A model generated the notes under the pieces. That model was not told the origin of the DNA. It did not search any database and was given only the letters and a program-made list of their open reading frames with translations. A DNA stretch of 64,000 bases from Calditrichia bacterium. GTDB taxonomy: Bacteria > Calditrichota > Calditrichia > JAJRVZ01. Location: contig CAWCNS010000005.1 of NCBI GenBank assembly GCA_963796965.1, positions 1,088,001 through 1,152,000 of the forward strand. Direction: 5' to 3'. Below, in pieces: positions 11,890-26,200 of the stretch. How positions within the stretch are numbered: the stretch's first letter is position 1; each line of letters opens with the position of its first letter. Both the position numbers and the translations under genes were made by a program.

Positions 11890-13498
11890 TCAAAGATAGG
11901 TTATCTGGTGGTCATATATATTGGGATCAAGATTTTTATATAGATAGTTTATGAAATCTGGTCCGAACTTGTTCAGAAAGTAAACAATACCCAAATATCT
12001 TTCCTGCGGAATATCATCCGGAAAAACAGCGGTATGTATTTGATCCAAATGATCAGTTTTTAATTGTTCTTTGTCTTTTCGGGCTTTGAGTACCCTGTTT
12101 TCAAAATTTGATAATGTCTGTGCCATCCGCTCAATCGTTTTTTTACCGCCATCAATTAATGTCGGATCTAACGATTTAAGATAATCAGTTATATGGCTCT
12201 CCTCTTCCCCCAAAATTTTCTGAAGGTTTGTCTAGAGGGTCTTCCTCTGTCTCACTAAAGTTTTTATAATACTGGTCAATAAAGTCTCCTTTTTTGGGAA
12301 GAAGATTTTCCGGTGAAATGGCATATTTCATTAAATATCTTTTAATTTTAGGTTCAACTATCGTTGCAGAAATTCTTGGATAGAGGTAGGGCATATCTAG
12401 TTTGAAATGATCGAATAATGAGCCCAGTTGTGCCCAATAAGCTATTTCACCTGGTCCTGCGACATAAGCAGCAACAGGCAATAGCCAACTTTGTAGCAAA
12501 GGACGACTGATAACAGTTGTAGAAATGGTTAGCGGATTTTCTTGTAACTTTTTGATCGTTTCATTTAATGAATAGTGTACCCCCTCATCTTTAAAACCAA
12601 ATAATTCATCCTGGCGATAAAGGTGCATACGTTGTAATGAATCGTTTTCTATATGTATATAGGTTTGGCCGGGTATTACCTTAACCTGATTATGGTAGCC
12701 AGATGCCTGCAATTTCTCTGAAGTCTTATTAAATAATGCAAAGACTTTATCATTATCCTCAATTAACTGATTAAAAAATGGTATTGAAGAATGTTTTATT
12801 TTTTCGTCACCAGGTTCGAAAAATAACAGTCCATAAGGTTCAAATAATTCTCTTAAAAAAGATCTTGCTGCTGCAGACCAACCGGTGCCCGGTTGAAAAT
12901 GACTCCGTAAATTATTATACAAATCATTCGAAAATTCTGTTTCGATCAAACGATCCTTCAAGTTATCAATAAGATCTTCTATAGTTTTTTCAAGTTGGTA
13001 ATGTCTGATGGACACCTTATCTCTATCCTGTCCCTCATACCTGATTTGCTCCGGCCTAAAATTTTTATTGAATATACCTGAGTGGTTAATTTCTTGAAAA
13101 TCATGGTCTTCTGTCTCGAGCCAGAAGACAGGAATAAATTTGTGATTACTCTTTTGGGAATTGAGCAACTCGGCAAGTTTGATGGTTGTAATAAGTTTAT
13201 ATATCGTGTAAAGTGGCGAAGCAAAAAGACCCAATTGCTGGCCGGTAATAATAATACGTGAATCCGGATCCTCCAGATATCGCAAATAATCCTTTGCTTG
13301 AGCAGAACTCTGGTCTTTATTTTGCTCTGATAAAATTGCTTTAATTTTCTGAAAATGTTGTGGATCAGAATCAAATTTTGGATCAATTTCAGTCAGAGGT
13401 CTTTGGGATAACGATGGTATAAAAGGATGGGTGGCCGGGAGATCGCTGATATAATCATGATAGAATTTATTATATAATTTTGTTTTGAGTGTTTCCAT
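11890..13498 (-). CDS. bshC: bacillithiol biosynthesis cysteine-adding enzyme (frameshift near 12215)
   Basis: ITGQQLGLF..PLYTIYK, PVFWLETEDHDFQEI, YVAGPGEIAYWAQL, C-terminal PQER. Confidence 0.9.
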
Positions 13499-13660
13499 TT
13501 TTCTGCATAAAACCTATTCTGGTATTAATTTTAAATTATATGTCAAATTGAAATTTATTCTAACTCGACTTTCTGCACCTTTTAACTTACAAACGAAGGA
13601 TTTAATTCCATGTGTAGAATAGAGTACAATTCATTCGCTAAAGAAAATAAAATCATATTC

Positions 13661-14401
13661 TTAGGGTCTTTGTCCTATTAATATAACCCGCGGTGAGGAG
13701 AATGATAATTCTGATCCAAAATAATCGCCAAAGGTATATAGAATGTCTAATTCAGCATTCCTCATCATTGATTGCAGTTGGTCAGGATCATACATTTTAA
13801 CCGATTCATAAAATATCGACTGCTCACCCTCGCGGTTTAGTTTAATGATTTTTTGAACCCGTGAACCTTCTATGAAACGTTCTTGTTCAATCAACAGACC
13901 CTTAATTCTCTCTTTATGATAAGGAATTAGATTTTTTTCGATATAGGCTGTGTTAAAATAGTCAAACACAAAAATCCCTTCAGGCTTAAGTGCTTGATTA
14001 AATTGATGGAAGACGGATTCGTTTTCTTCATCGGACTCAAAATATCCAAAGGAAGTAAATAAATTTAATAGAAGATCAAAGGATTGAGATGTTGGCAGAT
14101 GCCTCATATCCGCCTGTATAAAAAACGCGGACTTTCCTTTATTCTCATTATTTTTGGCAACCTCTAATAAAGTACGGGATAAATCGATACCATAGACTTT
14201 GTAGCCTAATTGTGCAAGCTGCGATACATGTCTGCCCTGACCACAGCAAAGGTCGAGTATCTTATGGGTAGGATTTAAATCAATATGCTTCTGTATTAAT
14301 TTTACTAAATGGCGGGCTTCTTCTTCATCACGATGTGCATAAACAGTTAGATATTCATTTCCGAACCAGTTTTTATACCAGCTCTTTTTTTCTAAAGCCA
14401 T
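13661..14401 (-). CDS. class I SAM-dependent methyltransferase
   Basis: ILDLCCGQGRH motif I, ADMRHL, NLFTSFGYF. Confidence 0.9.
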   Translation of the reverse strand: MALEKKSWYKNWFGNEYLTVYAHRDEEEARHLVKLIQKHIDLNPTHKILDLCCGQGRHVSQLAQLGYKVYGIDLSRTLLEVAKNNENKGKSAFFIQADMRHLPTSQSFDLLLNLFTSFGYFESDEENESVFHQFNQALKPEGIFVFDYFNTAYIEKNLIPYHKERIKGLLIEQERFIEGSRVQKIIKLNREGEQSIFYESVKMYDPDQLQSMMRNAELDILYTFGDYFGSELSFSSPRVILIGQRP

Positions 14402-15371
14402 TTTTGTTCTTTATACCAAATTAATGTTTCCCGGATTCCATTCTCAAGACCAATTTCGCATTCAAAGCCTAACTCCTTTTTCGCTTTGTCCGGCGCACAG
14501 GTCCAGAAGTCCTGTTCCATATCTATAACTTTTTGTTTGTTTACAAGGGCTGGTTTTTTTGTAATGAAGAGAGGCCTTCACTGAAATAGGCGATACCTTT
14601 CATAAGCCCGACAGGGATGGGGACATTTATTCCTTTTTTTTGAAGAATTTTCAAGGTGATTTTTGATATCTCGTCCCAGGCATAGGGTTCCGGACTTGTA
14701 AGAAAATAAACTTTACCAATAGATTTTTCATTTTCTGCGGCCATCATTATACCACGCACAAGATCCTTAACATGGATGAGACTCAGATATTTATCTGCAC
14801 CGCCAAGTTTTGGAATAATACCAAACTTGACCGTTCTGAAAAACTCAAGGATATCGGTATCTCGGGGCCCGTAGACCGCAGGGGGCCGTAAAATTGTCAG
14901 GTTTATCTTATCCATCATCGCGATAGCATATTCTTCAGCGGCCCACTTACTTTTTCCATAATCCGTGAGTGGGTTTGCCGGATGATTCTCATCAATAGGA
15001 ATCAGGGTCGGGCTAGGGCCCACTGCTGTTTGTGAACTGACCAATACAAACCGTTTAATCGTTTTTTTGTGTTTAACTGCTGCATCAATAAGATTTTTAG
15101 TTCCCTCAAAATTACCCTGAAAATATTCGTCTTTTGTTCTGGCTTTGGTAACACCTGCAAGATGGTATACCATATCGGCACCTTCCAAACCACGAATCAG
15201 CGAATTTTTATCGATCAGACTGCCATAAAAACATTCAATATCAAGATCAGCAATCCAGCGTAAATTACTTTGTTTTCTTACCAAACAGGTCACTTGATGA
15301 CCAGCCTGGATTAAGGCTTCAGCCAGAAAACTTCCAATAAATCCTGTTGCCCCTGTAATAAATACTTTCAT
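14392..15371 (-). CDS. NAD-dependent epimerase/dehydratase (extended SDR), candidate ceramide reductase; frameshift near 14560
   Basis: TGATGFIG, YGKSK catalytic motif, RPPAVYGP; C-terminus ...KAKKELGF...WYKEQKWL continues in another frame to TAG at 14392. Confidence 0.85.
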
Positions 15372-15531
15372 GGGATCCTATTTTCCTATTTTTATTAATA
15401 ACAACAACTAAACACAGATAAAAAATAATGGCATATTTTACTTAACTTTCCTATATTTCGCAAATCAAATATAATTCTAAACTTATGACGATTTTAATAT
15501 GAATTTCACTAAATATCGGATAGGAGGATCA

Positions 15532-16723
15532 TTGGACTTATTTCAAAAGGCATATGATTTTACACGAGCAGATGAAATAAAAGCAGCTGGATTTTATCCC
15601 TATTTCAGACCGATTGAAGAAAATGAAGGTCCTGTAGTCAGAATTGAAGGCAGAGAAATTGTTATGGCTGGATCAAACAACTATCTCGGATTAACGGCTC
15701 ATCCAAAAGTAAAAGAAGCGGCAATCAAAGCCATTGAAAAGTATGGTACAGGTTGTTCCGGATCACGATATTTAACCGGAACTATTGATTTCCATGTTGA
15801 ACTTGAAGAAAAACTGGCAAAATTCTTAAACAAAGAGGCTGTGCTGTTATTTAGCACAGGTTATCAAACTGCCCAGGGAATCATCCCAACCTTTGTCCAG
15901 CGTGGTGAATATGTTATTTCTGACAGGGATAATCATGCCTGTATTGTTGCAGGGAATTTGATGGCTAAGAGCATTACTGCAAATGTGCTTCGTTACCGTC
16001 ATATGGAAATGGATGATTTGGAAAGAGTTATTAAAAGAGTACCGCTGGAAAGTGGAAAATTAATCGTAAGTGATGGTGTATTTAGTACGGGTGGCGAGAT
16101 AGTTGATCTTCCCAGAATGAATGAACTCGCAAAGAAATATAATGCCAGGTTACTCATTGATGATGCCCATTCCGTAGGTGTAATCGGCGAAGGTGGCCGG
16201 GGTACGCCAAGCGAATTTGGATTAGAAAACGAAGTGGACATTTCCATGGGGACTTTCAGCAAAACATTTGGGTCCCTCGGGGGATTTGTTGCTTCGGAAG
16301 CAAAAGTGATTGATTATATTAAACATCATGCTGCCGCACTAATTTTTAGTGCATCACCGACTCCTTCGTCCGTAGCTGCAGCAATGGCGGCTCTGGAAAT
16401 ATTGATCGAGGAACCTGAGCGGGTTGATCAATTAATCAAAAATGCACAATAACATGCGTACGGAATTGATAGATGCCGGTTTTAATGTTCTCGATGGAAG
16501 AACCGGAATAGTTCCAGTAATTATTGGTGATGATATGATTGCCTTTAAAATGTGGCGTATGCTTTATGATTTCGGTGTATTTGTCAATGTATTTATTTCT
16601 CCCGGGGTTCCTCAGGGCAGACAAATGATGCGTACCAGTTATATGGCTACACATGAAGAAGAACATCTTAATATTATAATTGATGCCTTTAAGAAAAGTG
16701 GTAAAGAACTAGGATTGATCTGA
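15532..16723 (+). CDS. spt: alpha-oxoamine synthase, probable serine palmitoyltransferase (frameshift near 16445)
   Basis: [48 protein letters not shown] start at 15532 behind GGAGG; YPYF and GTFSK are typical of Spt rather than BioF/Kbl. Confidence 0.8.
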
Positions 16724-16874
16724 AGAATCAAGATTATAAAATTAACAATTGCTGGTAATTGGTAATAACGTAGTTAGATTCTGTAGGTGAGTAGTATTGA
16801 CAGAACATGTTATAAAATTGCATTAATTTAATTATTCTTAAGGCTAATAACCATTCATTCTAAAGAAGGTATAT

Positions 16875-17996
16875 ATGAGTGATATAGAAATTCGCACCGT
16901 TTCATCGAAAAAAGAGTTGATGCAATTTATAAAATTGCCGTGGAAAATATATAAAGATGATCCACATTGGGTACCACCTCTCATCATGGATCGAAAAAAT
17001 ATTCTGGATAAAAAGAAAAATCCATTTTTTCAACATGCTGAGATGGAACTATTTCTGGCCTTTAAAAATGGTGAACTTGTTGGGCGTATTGCTGCCATTA
17101 CCAATGAAAATCATAATAAATTTCATGAAGATAATATTGGTTTTTTCGGATTTTTTGAATCTATTGATGATGCAGGTCAGTCAAAGCTTTATTTGATAAG
17201 GTGACCAGTGGTTAAAAGAAAAGGGTAAAGATGGCGTACTCGGTCCATTGAATCCTTCCACCAATGATGAAGTGGGATTGTTAATTGATGGTTTTGATAC
17301 CCCACCCTATGTAATGATGTGTCATAATCCAGCGTATTACATCCAGTCTGGTTGAAAATCATGGATATGAAAAGCCAAGGATATGTATGCCTGGTTTCTC
17401 GATATTCGTGGCATGAAAATTCCGGAAAAATCATGCGTGTGGCAGAGCAAGTCGTGAAAAAATATGGATTGACGATCAGAAATATTAAAATGAAAAATAT
17501 GGAAAAGGAGATTCAAAATATTCGCGATGTATATAATGATGCCTGGAGTCGAAATTGGGGATTTGTACCATTTACAGATGCAGAAATTGAACATCTTGCT
17601 ACTGACTTGAAACAATTGCCATGAAGAATTTGTTGTTCTTGCCTTTAAAGGATGATCGCCCCATAGGTTTTTCACTCACTCTTCCAAATATCAATGAAAT
17701 TCTAATCAACAACAAAAGTGGCCGTTTATTTCCGACTGGTCTGTTTAAACTGATGACGGAATGAAAAAAATTCAAAACGGTTCGTACAATCACACTGGGC
17801 ATCGTAAAGGATTTTCAACATATAGGTTTAGGAACAGTATTGTATACTGAATCTCATTGAGCGGGCTCAACGAAGAGGACTTATTGGTGGCGAAATGTCA
17901 TGGGTATTGGAAGATAATGATGCGATGAATCGTCCGATTGAACTAATGGGTTCAAAAAAGTATAAAATTTATCGAGTTTATCAGAAGAAATTATGA
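16875..17996 (+). CDS. GNAT-fold acyltransferase, candidate bacterial ceramide synthase (several frameshifts)
   Basis: FIKLPWKIYKDDPHWVPPL, NPFF, GRIAAI, GFFGFFES, YNDAWSRNWGFVP and C-terminal EMSWVLEDN..M...YRVYQKKL, pieced from several frames. Confidence 0.75.
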
Positions 17997-18025
17997 AACT
18001 TTTATCCTCTGTTAAAAAATAAGCT

Positions 18026-18058
18026 AAAAAAAAAACCGGGCCAGGCCCGGTTTTTTTT
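18026..18058. terminator. bidirectional rho-independent terminator
   Basis: A-tract CCGGGCC-A-GGCCCGG T-tract between convergent genes. Confidence 0.9.
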
Positions 18059-18071
18059 AATCTAAATGAGA

Positions 18072-18308
18072 TTAATATTCATCCTCATGATATAAATCTG
18101 AATCTGCTGTAAAAGCAGTCGAATTGAATTTTTTCTCTTTCTGACAAAAATCGAAAAATTCACAATCATGACATTCATAATCATCACAATTTTCCATATC
18201 TTCACAAGTACCGTTTAAATCAAGGACTATACTTTCACGATAGCATAAATTGTCATGATTATAATGACAATCTGTGCAACCACAAGTTAGATTTTCAAAA
18301 TAGGCCAT
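18072..18308 (-). CDS. small acidic Cys-rich protein (DUF1540-like N-terminus)
   Basis: ATG at 18308 behind GGAGG; 78 aa with 9 Cys (CGCTDCHYN...C...C...CDDYECHDCEFFDFC). Confidence 0.7.
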   Translation of the reverse strand: MAYFENLTCGCTDCHYNHDNLCYRESIVLDLNGTCEDMENCDDYECHDCEFFDFCQKEKKFNSTAFTADSDLYHEDEY

Positions 18309-18339
18309 TAGGAGCCTCCCTATGCTGAAGATAGTATTT

Positions 18340-19176
18340 CTAATGATATTCACCTTCATCATGTTCCCGTAGATATTTAGATCCTTCTTCGAGTAATTCT
18401 TTTTCCTCATCAGTAAGATTTAAATATCCAACTCTGTTAATTTTATCTAAAAGTTCATCTATTTTTTTTCGATAATACTCACTTTTTCATCACCGCTTTT
18501 TGTTAAGGTTTTTGTCTGCGTGAATTTCTTAGGCGGTTGTTGAAACATTGATTTCAATTTGTAGAACTGGTGCCAATATTTTAAATACACAAATCCGACT
18601 ACCATTCCACCTAAATGTGCAGCATGGGCAATACCATCACCTTGTGCGTTCCAGGTACTCATAAAGGAAACAATGGCCAGAAAACCAACCATATATTTTA
18701 CTTTGACCGGAAAGAGAAAATATATATATACATGGCGATCTGGATACCGAATGGCATAAGCAACCATAATCCCATAAACGGCACCGGAGGCTCCCACAGT
18801 ACCGGGGTAGCTTGGATCACTGGAAGTTAATAGTATATTGATCAAACCGGCACCAATACCGCAAATAAAATAATATTTTAAAAATTGTTTACTCCCCCAT
18901 TCCATCTCCAGTTCAGTTCCAAACATCCAGAAGACAAACATATTAAAAAAGATATGCCAAAAATCGCCGTGAAGAAACATATAAGTAAATAATTGCCATA
19001 TCTTGAACTGATACAGGACATCGTAGGCATGTAAGGCAAAGGTACTTGATATAATAGTATCCCAGTTGTCGATTGAGTACCGACATCAAGAAAATAATTC
19101 CATTTGCAAATAGAATATTTTTGACAGCCGGGGTCAGCTGACCGCCAATTCCAAATCCTCTTTTTTGATAATTCAT
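18340..19176 (-). CDS. rhomboid family intramembrane serine protease (frameshifted)
   Basis: FLHGDFWHIFFNM, VGASGAVYG, AHLGG; C-terminal IDELLDKINRVGYLNLTDEEK tail in another frame ending at 18340. Confidence 0.88.
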
Positions 19177-19266
19177 AGTGCCTTTATATAAATAACTTTT
19201 AGTAACAATGCAATAGTAATTTTGCTCAATTTTAATTTGAATATATTTTTAATATGATCAAATTCT

Positions 19267-19408
19267 TAGCCATAGAGGACACAGAGATAAAACTATAATT
19301 ATATTGGAATTATCGATTACCAAATCATGTCTATTTCAAATATCTCTACAAACTTATCCAAATACTTAATATTATTAATGTTGGATTCACTCTGTGCTCT
19401 CTGTGTTA
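19267..19408. repeat. gene-less inverted-repeat element, CACAGAG family
   Basis: tagccatagaggacacagag (19267-19286) ... ctctgtgctctctgtgtta (19390-19408), inverted, with AT-rich spacer. Confidence 0.6.
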
Positions 19409-19429
19409 AAAGAACTAACACAAATACCA

Positions 19430-20881
<1,452 letters not shown>

Positions 20882-20948
20882 TCACTTCTTTTAATTAAAA
20901 AAAATTCGAATTTCGATCATCGAATCTCGAATTCTTTTACTCAAAGAG

Positions 20949-21022
20949 TACGCCTGGAGGGAATCGAACCCCCAACCTTTGGAACCGGAATCCAACGCTC
21001 TATCCAATTGAGCTACAGGCGC
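20949..21022 (-). tRNA. tRNA-Arg (anticodon CCG)
   Basis: GCGCCTG acceptor stem, D arm AGCTCAATTGGATAGAGC, anticodon arm TTGGA-TTCCGGT-TCCAA, T arm GGGGGTTCGATTCCCTC; CCA not encoded. Confidence 0.97.
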
Positions 21023-21370
21023 AACCCTAAAAATTTATTCAAATATTGCAGATTAATTACTATACATCCCCAATGAGCGGCAAATATATTTAACGCCCCG
21101 TTGAATGTCAAGTAAAAAAGAATTCTTTTTTGGTCTAATCTTAGTTATTTATTTCTTCTCTTTATGCCCCTATTAGGAAGGTAAAAATATGATACGGTGG
21201 AATTTTAATATGAGGATAAGAATTTATAGATTTTTTATACTTATAAATAAATATTCTAATTCGTGAAAATTGCTGTCAGTCCTTGCCTGATCCGGCGGAG
21301 ACGGATAATTCGTGGACTTTTTTTTTGATTGTCCCCATGAATCGGGATACTGCAGTACGAATAGATCAGT

Positions 21371-23137
21371 CTAAAAATTATTAATAATCCCGAAATGGAT
21401 TTTACCAGTAGAGAAGGTATCACCCCGGCCGATCCCGAAATCGACACCCATGATGCCCAGAGGAGAATCAAAACGTATGCCGACACCATACCCTGGGATG
21501 ACATCATTTACCTTTATGAACCCATCTCTGAATTCATAATAACCCCAATCATTAAAGATGAATATTCTTGAATTGCGGCCCACAATAAAACGATACTCCA
21601 GATTTACCCATGAAACAGATGTCCCATGGAATTGATCTTCACGATAACCACGCACCGTACCAAATCCACCAAACCAGAAATGATCTGATAATTGCAATTG
21701 ATTCTTATCTCCCTGGATATGTGCACCATGCAATTCAAGGGCAAAGACCTGATTGGACCATAGCGGTTGGTAATAACCAAGGTCGACCTGAAGGGTCTTT
21801 AGATTCTCAAGTAAGGCGAGACTATCCTCTTCGATGACATATGCAGGGCCTGTATTCTTTTTTAATCCATACTTAAATAAGGCGCTGTAATTAACACCAC
21901 TTCTGGGATTTATCGGGTAATCGCGCGTATCGTAGGCCACCCCCATTTCCCCATTTGAGATTGTATTTCTGGTCATCCGTAGATTACGACTTGCTGTAGA
22001 GTCCGGAAATACTTCCTCATGGCTAAACCGGAAATAGGCTTTAAACTCTGAGGAGAGCATGATGACAGAGTTCAGAAAATATTTTTGTTCTATATAGGTA
22101 GTATCCCGGACCAGTCTCTCCAGCCCCACACCAAGATTTAATGGCATATCGAATACCCAGGGTTCCTCATAAAAGATCCGAAACTGTTCTGAAAAGGGAT
22201 CTGGTTTTCGCCAGTGAACTTCAAATTTTCTACCCGTGCCAAAAAGATTTTTAAAATTTAAATTCAGCAGACCGGTAAAATATCCCTCGTTAAGATTTTG
22301 GTTCGATTCCGCGGGGATATAACCAACAACACCATCAAATGTTGTGGTGTTGCCCTCTTCGACCTCGATGAGCAAATCTGCTCTGTTCCCTTTTAGGTTT
22401 ACAATTTTAACACCCGCAACATTATTAAAATATCCAAGTCGGTTCAATTTTCCTGGAATGGCATCAATTCTCTCTTGATCATAAGGATCATTTGATTGCA
22501 CATCAATTTCACGCAATATTACCTCAGGCTTGGTAACGTCATTACCTGTTATCCGAATCTGATTAATAAAGATCTGAGGACCGGGATCGACAAAAATAGA
22601 GATATCTAGAAATCTTTCTGAATCATCTGACCTCAAGTTTGTATTAGCTACGTTTATAATAGCCAGTGGATAACCATTATCAGCAAAAAACCTGGAGACA
22701 GTTTTTAATTCTGCCTCAACCTCTTCAATGCGATAAATATCCCCAATGGAGAGATCCAGACGATTATATAGTTCCTCTTTATCCAGAGAATCAATCTGTA
22801 TCGTCACTTTTCCAAGCCTGACAATCTGACCCTCATTTAAATACCAGGTTAGATCCAATCTGTTGTCTTCTTCGGTTTCTGCAAAAACAACAGAATCTAT
22901 CCGGGCATATAAATATCCTTCAGCCTGATAAGCATCGATAACTTTTTTATTGATTGCTTCGACCACGAGAGGGTTAATCATGTTTTCAACAAGTACTTCC
23001 CCCCATTCAGCTAATTGGCCATCACTAAAACGTTTATTACCTTCAAAATTATAACGATCCAATATCTGCTGCCCTATTCCCTGGGTAACAAAGGATAAAA
23101 GAAAGATGGTTAAACATGTCAACGCATGCTGTTTCAT
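21371..23137 (-). CDS. Omp85 (BamA/TamA family) outer membrane protein with POTRA domains
   Basis: Signal peptide, POTRA motifs (ITGNDVTKPEVILRE), NLFGTGR, YDTRD, GGFGTVRGY, SPLG, terminal F. Confidence 0.88.
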   Translation of the reverse strand: MKQHALTCLTIFLLSFVTQGIGQQILDRYNFEGNKRFSDGQLAEWGEVLVENMINPLVVEAINKKVIDAYQAEGYLYARIDSVVFAETEEDNRLDLTWYLNEGQIVRLGKVTIQIDSLDKEELYNRLDLSIGDIYRIEEVEAELKTVSRFFADNGYPLAIINVANTNLRSDDSERFLDISIFVDPGPQIFINQIRITGNDVTKPEVILREIDVQSNDPYDQERIDAIPGKLNRLGYFNNVAGVKIVNLKGNRADLLIEVEEGNTTTFDGVVGYIPAESNQNLNEGYFTGLLNLNFKNLFGTGRKFEVHWRKPDPFSEQFRIFYEEPWVFDMPLNLGVGLERLVRDTTYIEQKYFLNSVIMLSSEFKAYFRFSHEEVFPDSTASRNLRMTRNTISNGEMGVAYDTRDYPINPRSGVNYSALFKYGLKKNTGPAYVIEEDSLALLENLKTLQVDLGYYQPLWSNQVFALELHGAHIQGDKNQLQLSDHFWFGGFGTVRGYREDQFHGTSVSWVNLEYRFIVGRNSRIFIFNDWGYYEFRDGFIKVNDVIPGYGVGIRFDSPLGIMGVDFGIGRGDTFSTGKIHFGIINNF

Positions 23138-23288
23138 AAAATTACCGTATCGTTCCATTTCTATAATAGATGACTATATTCCATTTCGTTGATATCCCGT
23201 CCCGGAACGAGATCCCGTCTCGGGGCAGGAACCCTCCTTCATAATAATTATTATTAGTTTTGAAGGCGTTTAAATTCTTCTCCGGGAT

Positions 23289-26200
23289 TTAAAAATAAGC
23301 CCTTATCTCTGCCTGACCGCTATGAATAATCTTTTCAAATTGTGCATCGTCACGACCTAAATAATAAAGTGATATTACCACATTCTGTGCAATTGTGTAT
23401 TCACCACGTATCTGCCAGTTTTTACTGATCCCCTCTTTCTTGCCACGGGCCATCTCGAACGGAACACTGGCACCGGTTGGATTGCGATTAATATTTACCA
23501 ATTGATAATCAAAGGACGTACTAATTTTTCCCTTACCAAGAAGGGCATAATTTGCGCGAAGCAATGAGCGCAGATAACTAATTTCCAGATCCTTTTGATT
23601 TGCATCATCAGTTTCCAAACCATATTCAGTTTCTATACCAAATTCCCAATTGAGATCGGGACGATATGAGAAATTTTGCAAAAAAATCAGTGAATTTATA
23701 TCCCTATCCCTTACAATATTGGCTCTATTTTCTCTGAATGTCAGGATGTTTTTTACTTCAGATTGTGCTTTTAATTTTTCGAGAATGCGATAATTGGCAA
23801 ACAAACTACGTTCAATGTTGAGCCTTTTTTCATTATCGTTTGGATCCAGGTATTGATTGAAGAGATCATCGCGGTATCTATACCTGAAGCGAAACGAGTG
23901 ATTGCGGTTACGGCGCATAAAATGTAAGTCCTGATTAAATACAAAACTTCCACGCACGGTATTAGGCCCCTGAAAAGTAGACAACTTTAAAAAGTACAGA
24001 TTTGAAAGTGTCGTATCTTTAGATACTTCTTCAATTCTAAAATAGGAATCACTATTTAATTGAGAAATAAATTTTGAAAGTATCGATACTGGCTTACTAA
24101 GAATCCGGCGTGGGTCGATAACCAATCGCAGCGACGTCCCAAGATCCGCCATTGGTTCAAAACTCCCTGTGGGGACAATGAAAAGGATATATTGACCATT
24201 TGGATCCGGTACATATTCACCGAGGCTTTCGTCATATCTAAAATTACCCCGCCCTTCACCCACATCGATATATACTTTTTCTTTCAAGGCGACCTGTCCC
24301 ACCGATAAGCGATATTGCCATTGTAAATCAAGCGCCCGGTTCCACTGATAATTTTTCAACATCATTTCGATAAGATTGGTTTTACGGTCCTGCCAAACCG
24401 TATCCTGAAGTGCAAATTGCAGATAATTGAGTTTGACAGAGTCTACGGCTTCATTTTCAAAGAAAGGGGTATAATCTTTCTCACGAATCACCACCTGAGC
24501 ATAGCCGCTCGTATGGTTCCATTCGGCTAAATTTAAACGAAAACGACCGGTTTTACTGGTGGCTTGTGGAATTTTGGCACCACTTCTGTCGGGATCATAG
24601 ACTTCATCTTTTCTCTCATTGTACTGCAATTCGCCAGATAAAATTGAATGATTAATCAATTTAATACGACCACCAAGATCTCTGAATGAAAAACCATTGG
24701 TAACCCCTGACTCTTTAATTTTTCTATCTTCTGCATGATATAACAATCCTGGTTGAAAGATGCCTATATCTTTATTCACGTCGCCCTTCTGTTTATACCA
24801 GTCGATATTGGTATTATCCTGTTTACTATTAAGTAGTTCCAGAGTCACAAATCCTCTTAGCCAGTTTTGCTTATCCCATTTTGCATTTCCATGATAACGC
24901 AACGAGTTAAAATCATTTCTTCTGAACTTACCAACCTCTCCGGATAATGTAATCCATTCCCATGGGAGATAGGAGGATTTGAATTCAACACTCTCCTCTT
25001 CATTTACCTGCCCCGTCTCCGGCAAGAGATTCCAGTACGTCACCAGATCTGGTTGGTTGATACGATCAATAGGTTGAAATTTTTTATCCACATTTTTTCC
25101 ATCAAGGTTAAAGGAAAAATTTCCAAATTCCTTGCCACCCAGAGTTAAGGTTACCGGATCAAGCCTTGCGGATAATTTGTAAGCATGACCTTGATTATTT
25201 TTATCACCATAGGGTGACAATTTATTTTTATCCAACATAGACACAGCTGCTTCTGCCTTTACCCTGAATACTTTACCAAATAAATATTCTAACTGTGCGT
25301 CTAAAAGCTGGTGTTCACTCGGCAATGGCAGAAGTTCAACGGGTAAATAGGCGCCCTTGTTTATACCTACCCAGCGATAGATTCCAAGACTCTCGCGGGT
25401 ATAATCTCCATTTCCCTGGCCCACAGAAGAGAAGACAACATTATAATCACCATTAAATTGTCCAACATAATCATAATAGATATAATTTGAGTCGAGAATA
25501 GTCGTATCTACTTGAGAATAATATCCAAGACTGTCACCTACATAGGTAGCCCCATCCACATATGCTGCCAGGGGATCATCACCAGCTTCGCGAATCTTTT
25601 CCAGCTCTTCCTCGGAAAGATTACCCTCGGATTCGAGTATCTTTTGCGGATCGTCTCCCTCATTAAAATAGGATACCCTGAAATTCAGAGCCTTGTTAAA
25701 GAAACTGCCTGTCGATAATCCAGAATAGACATTTCGGTTATATTTTTGTGTTGCCGGAAAATATTCGAAATCAATTTCAATTCTGGATTCACTCGTGATC
25801 AACTGTTTATTGGTAAAGGTTATCTGACCGTTTCCATATTCAATAACATAATCATTGTTCTCACCCCTTATTAGTTTTATCCCATCAATCCAGACCCTTT
25901 CAGTTCCCGCAAGTACAATAATATCCTTTTCACCATTTTTGCCAACAAGTTTATAAGGTCCCTGGTTACTTTCCTGACCTATGAGCGGATAGAAATGGTA
26001 AAAACCTCTGGTTGATGCCACACTGCCACCCAATTCAAAATCCTTATAATTCCCGGTGACACTAATTCCCTGGAGTTTTCTAGAATATGATCCAAATTGT
26101 GAGCGGCCATAATGAAGATTGAAATCTCCCAAGACGCCATTGACCCAGGGACTATTAAATTTTATGAACACCTGATCTATTTCGCGCAAAGTTTGTGTAT

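Noticed and set aside
20949..21022. tRNA-Arg as an island integration site
   Set aside because: No integrase nearby and no duplicated tRNA 3' end noticed; proS follows directly
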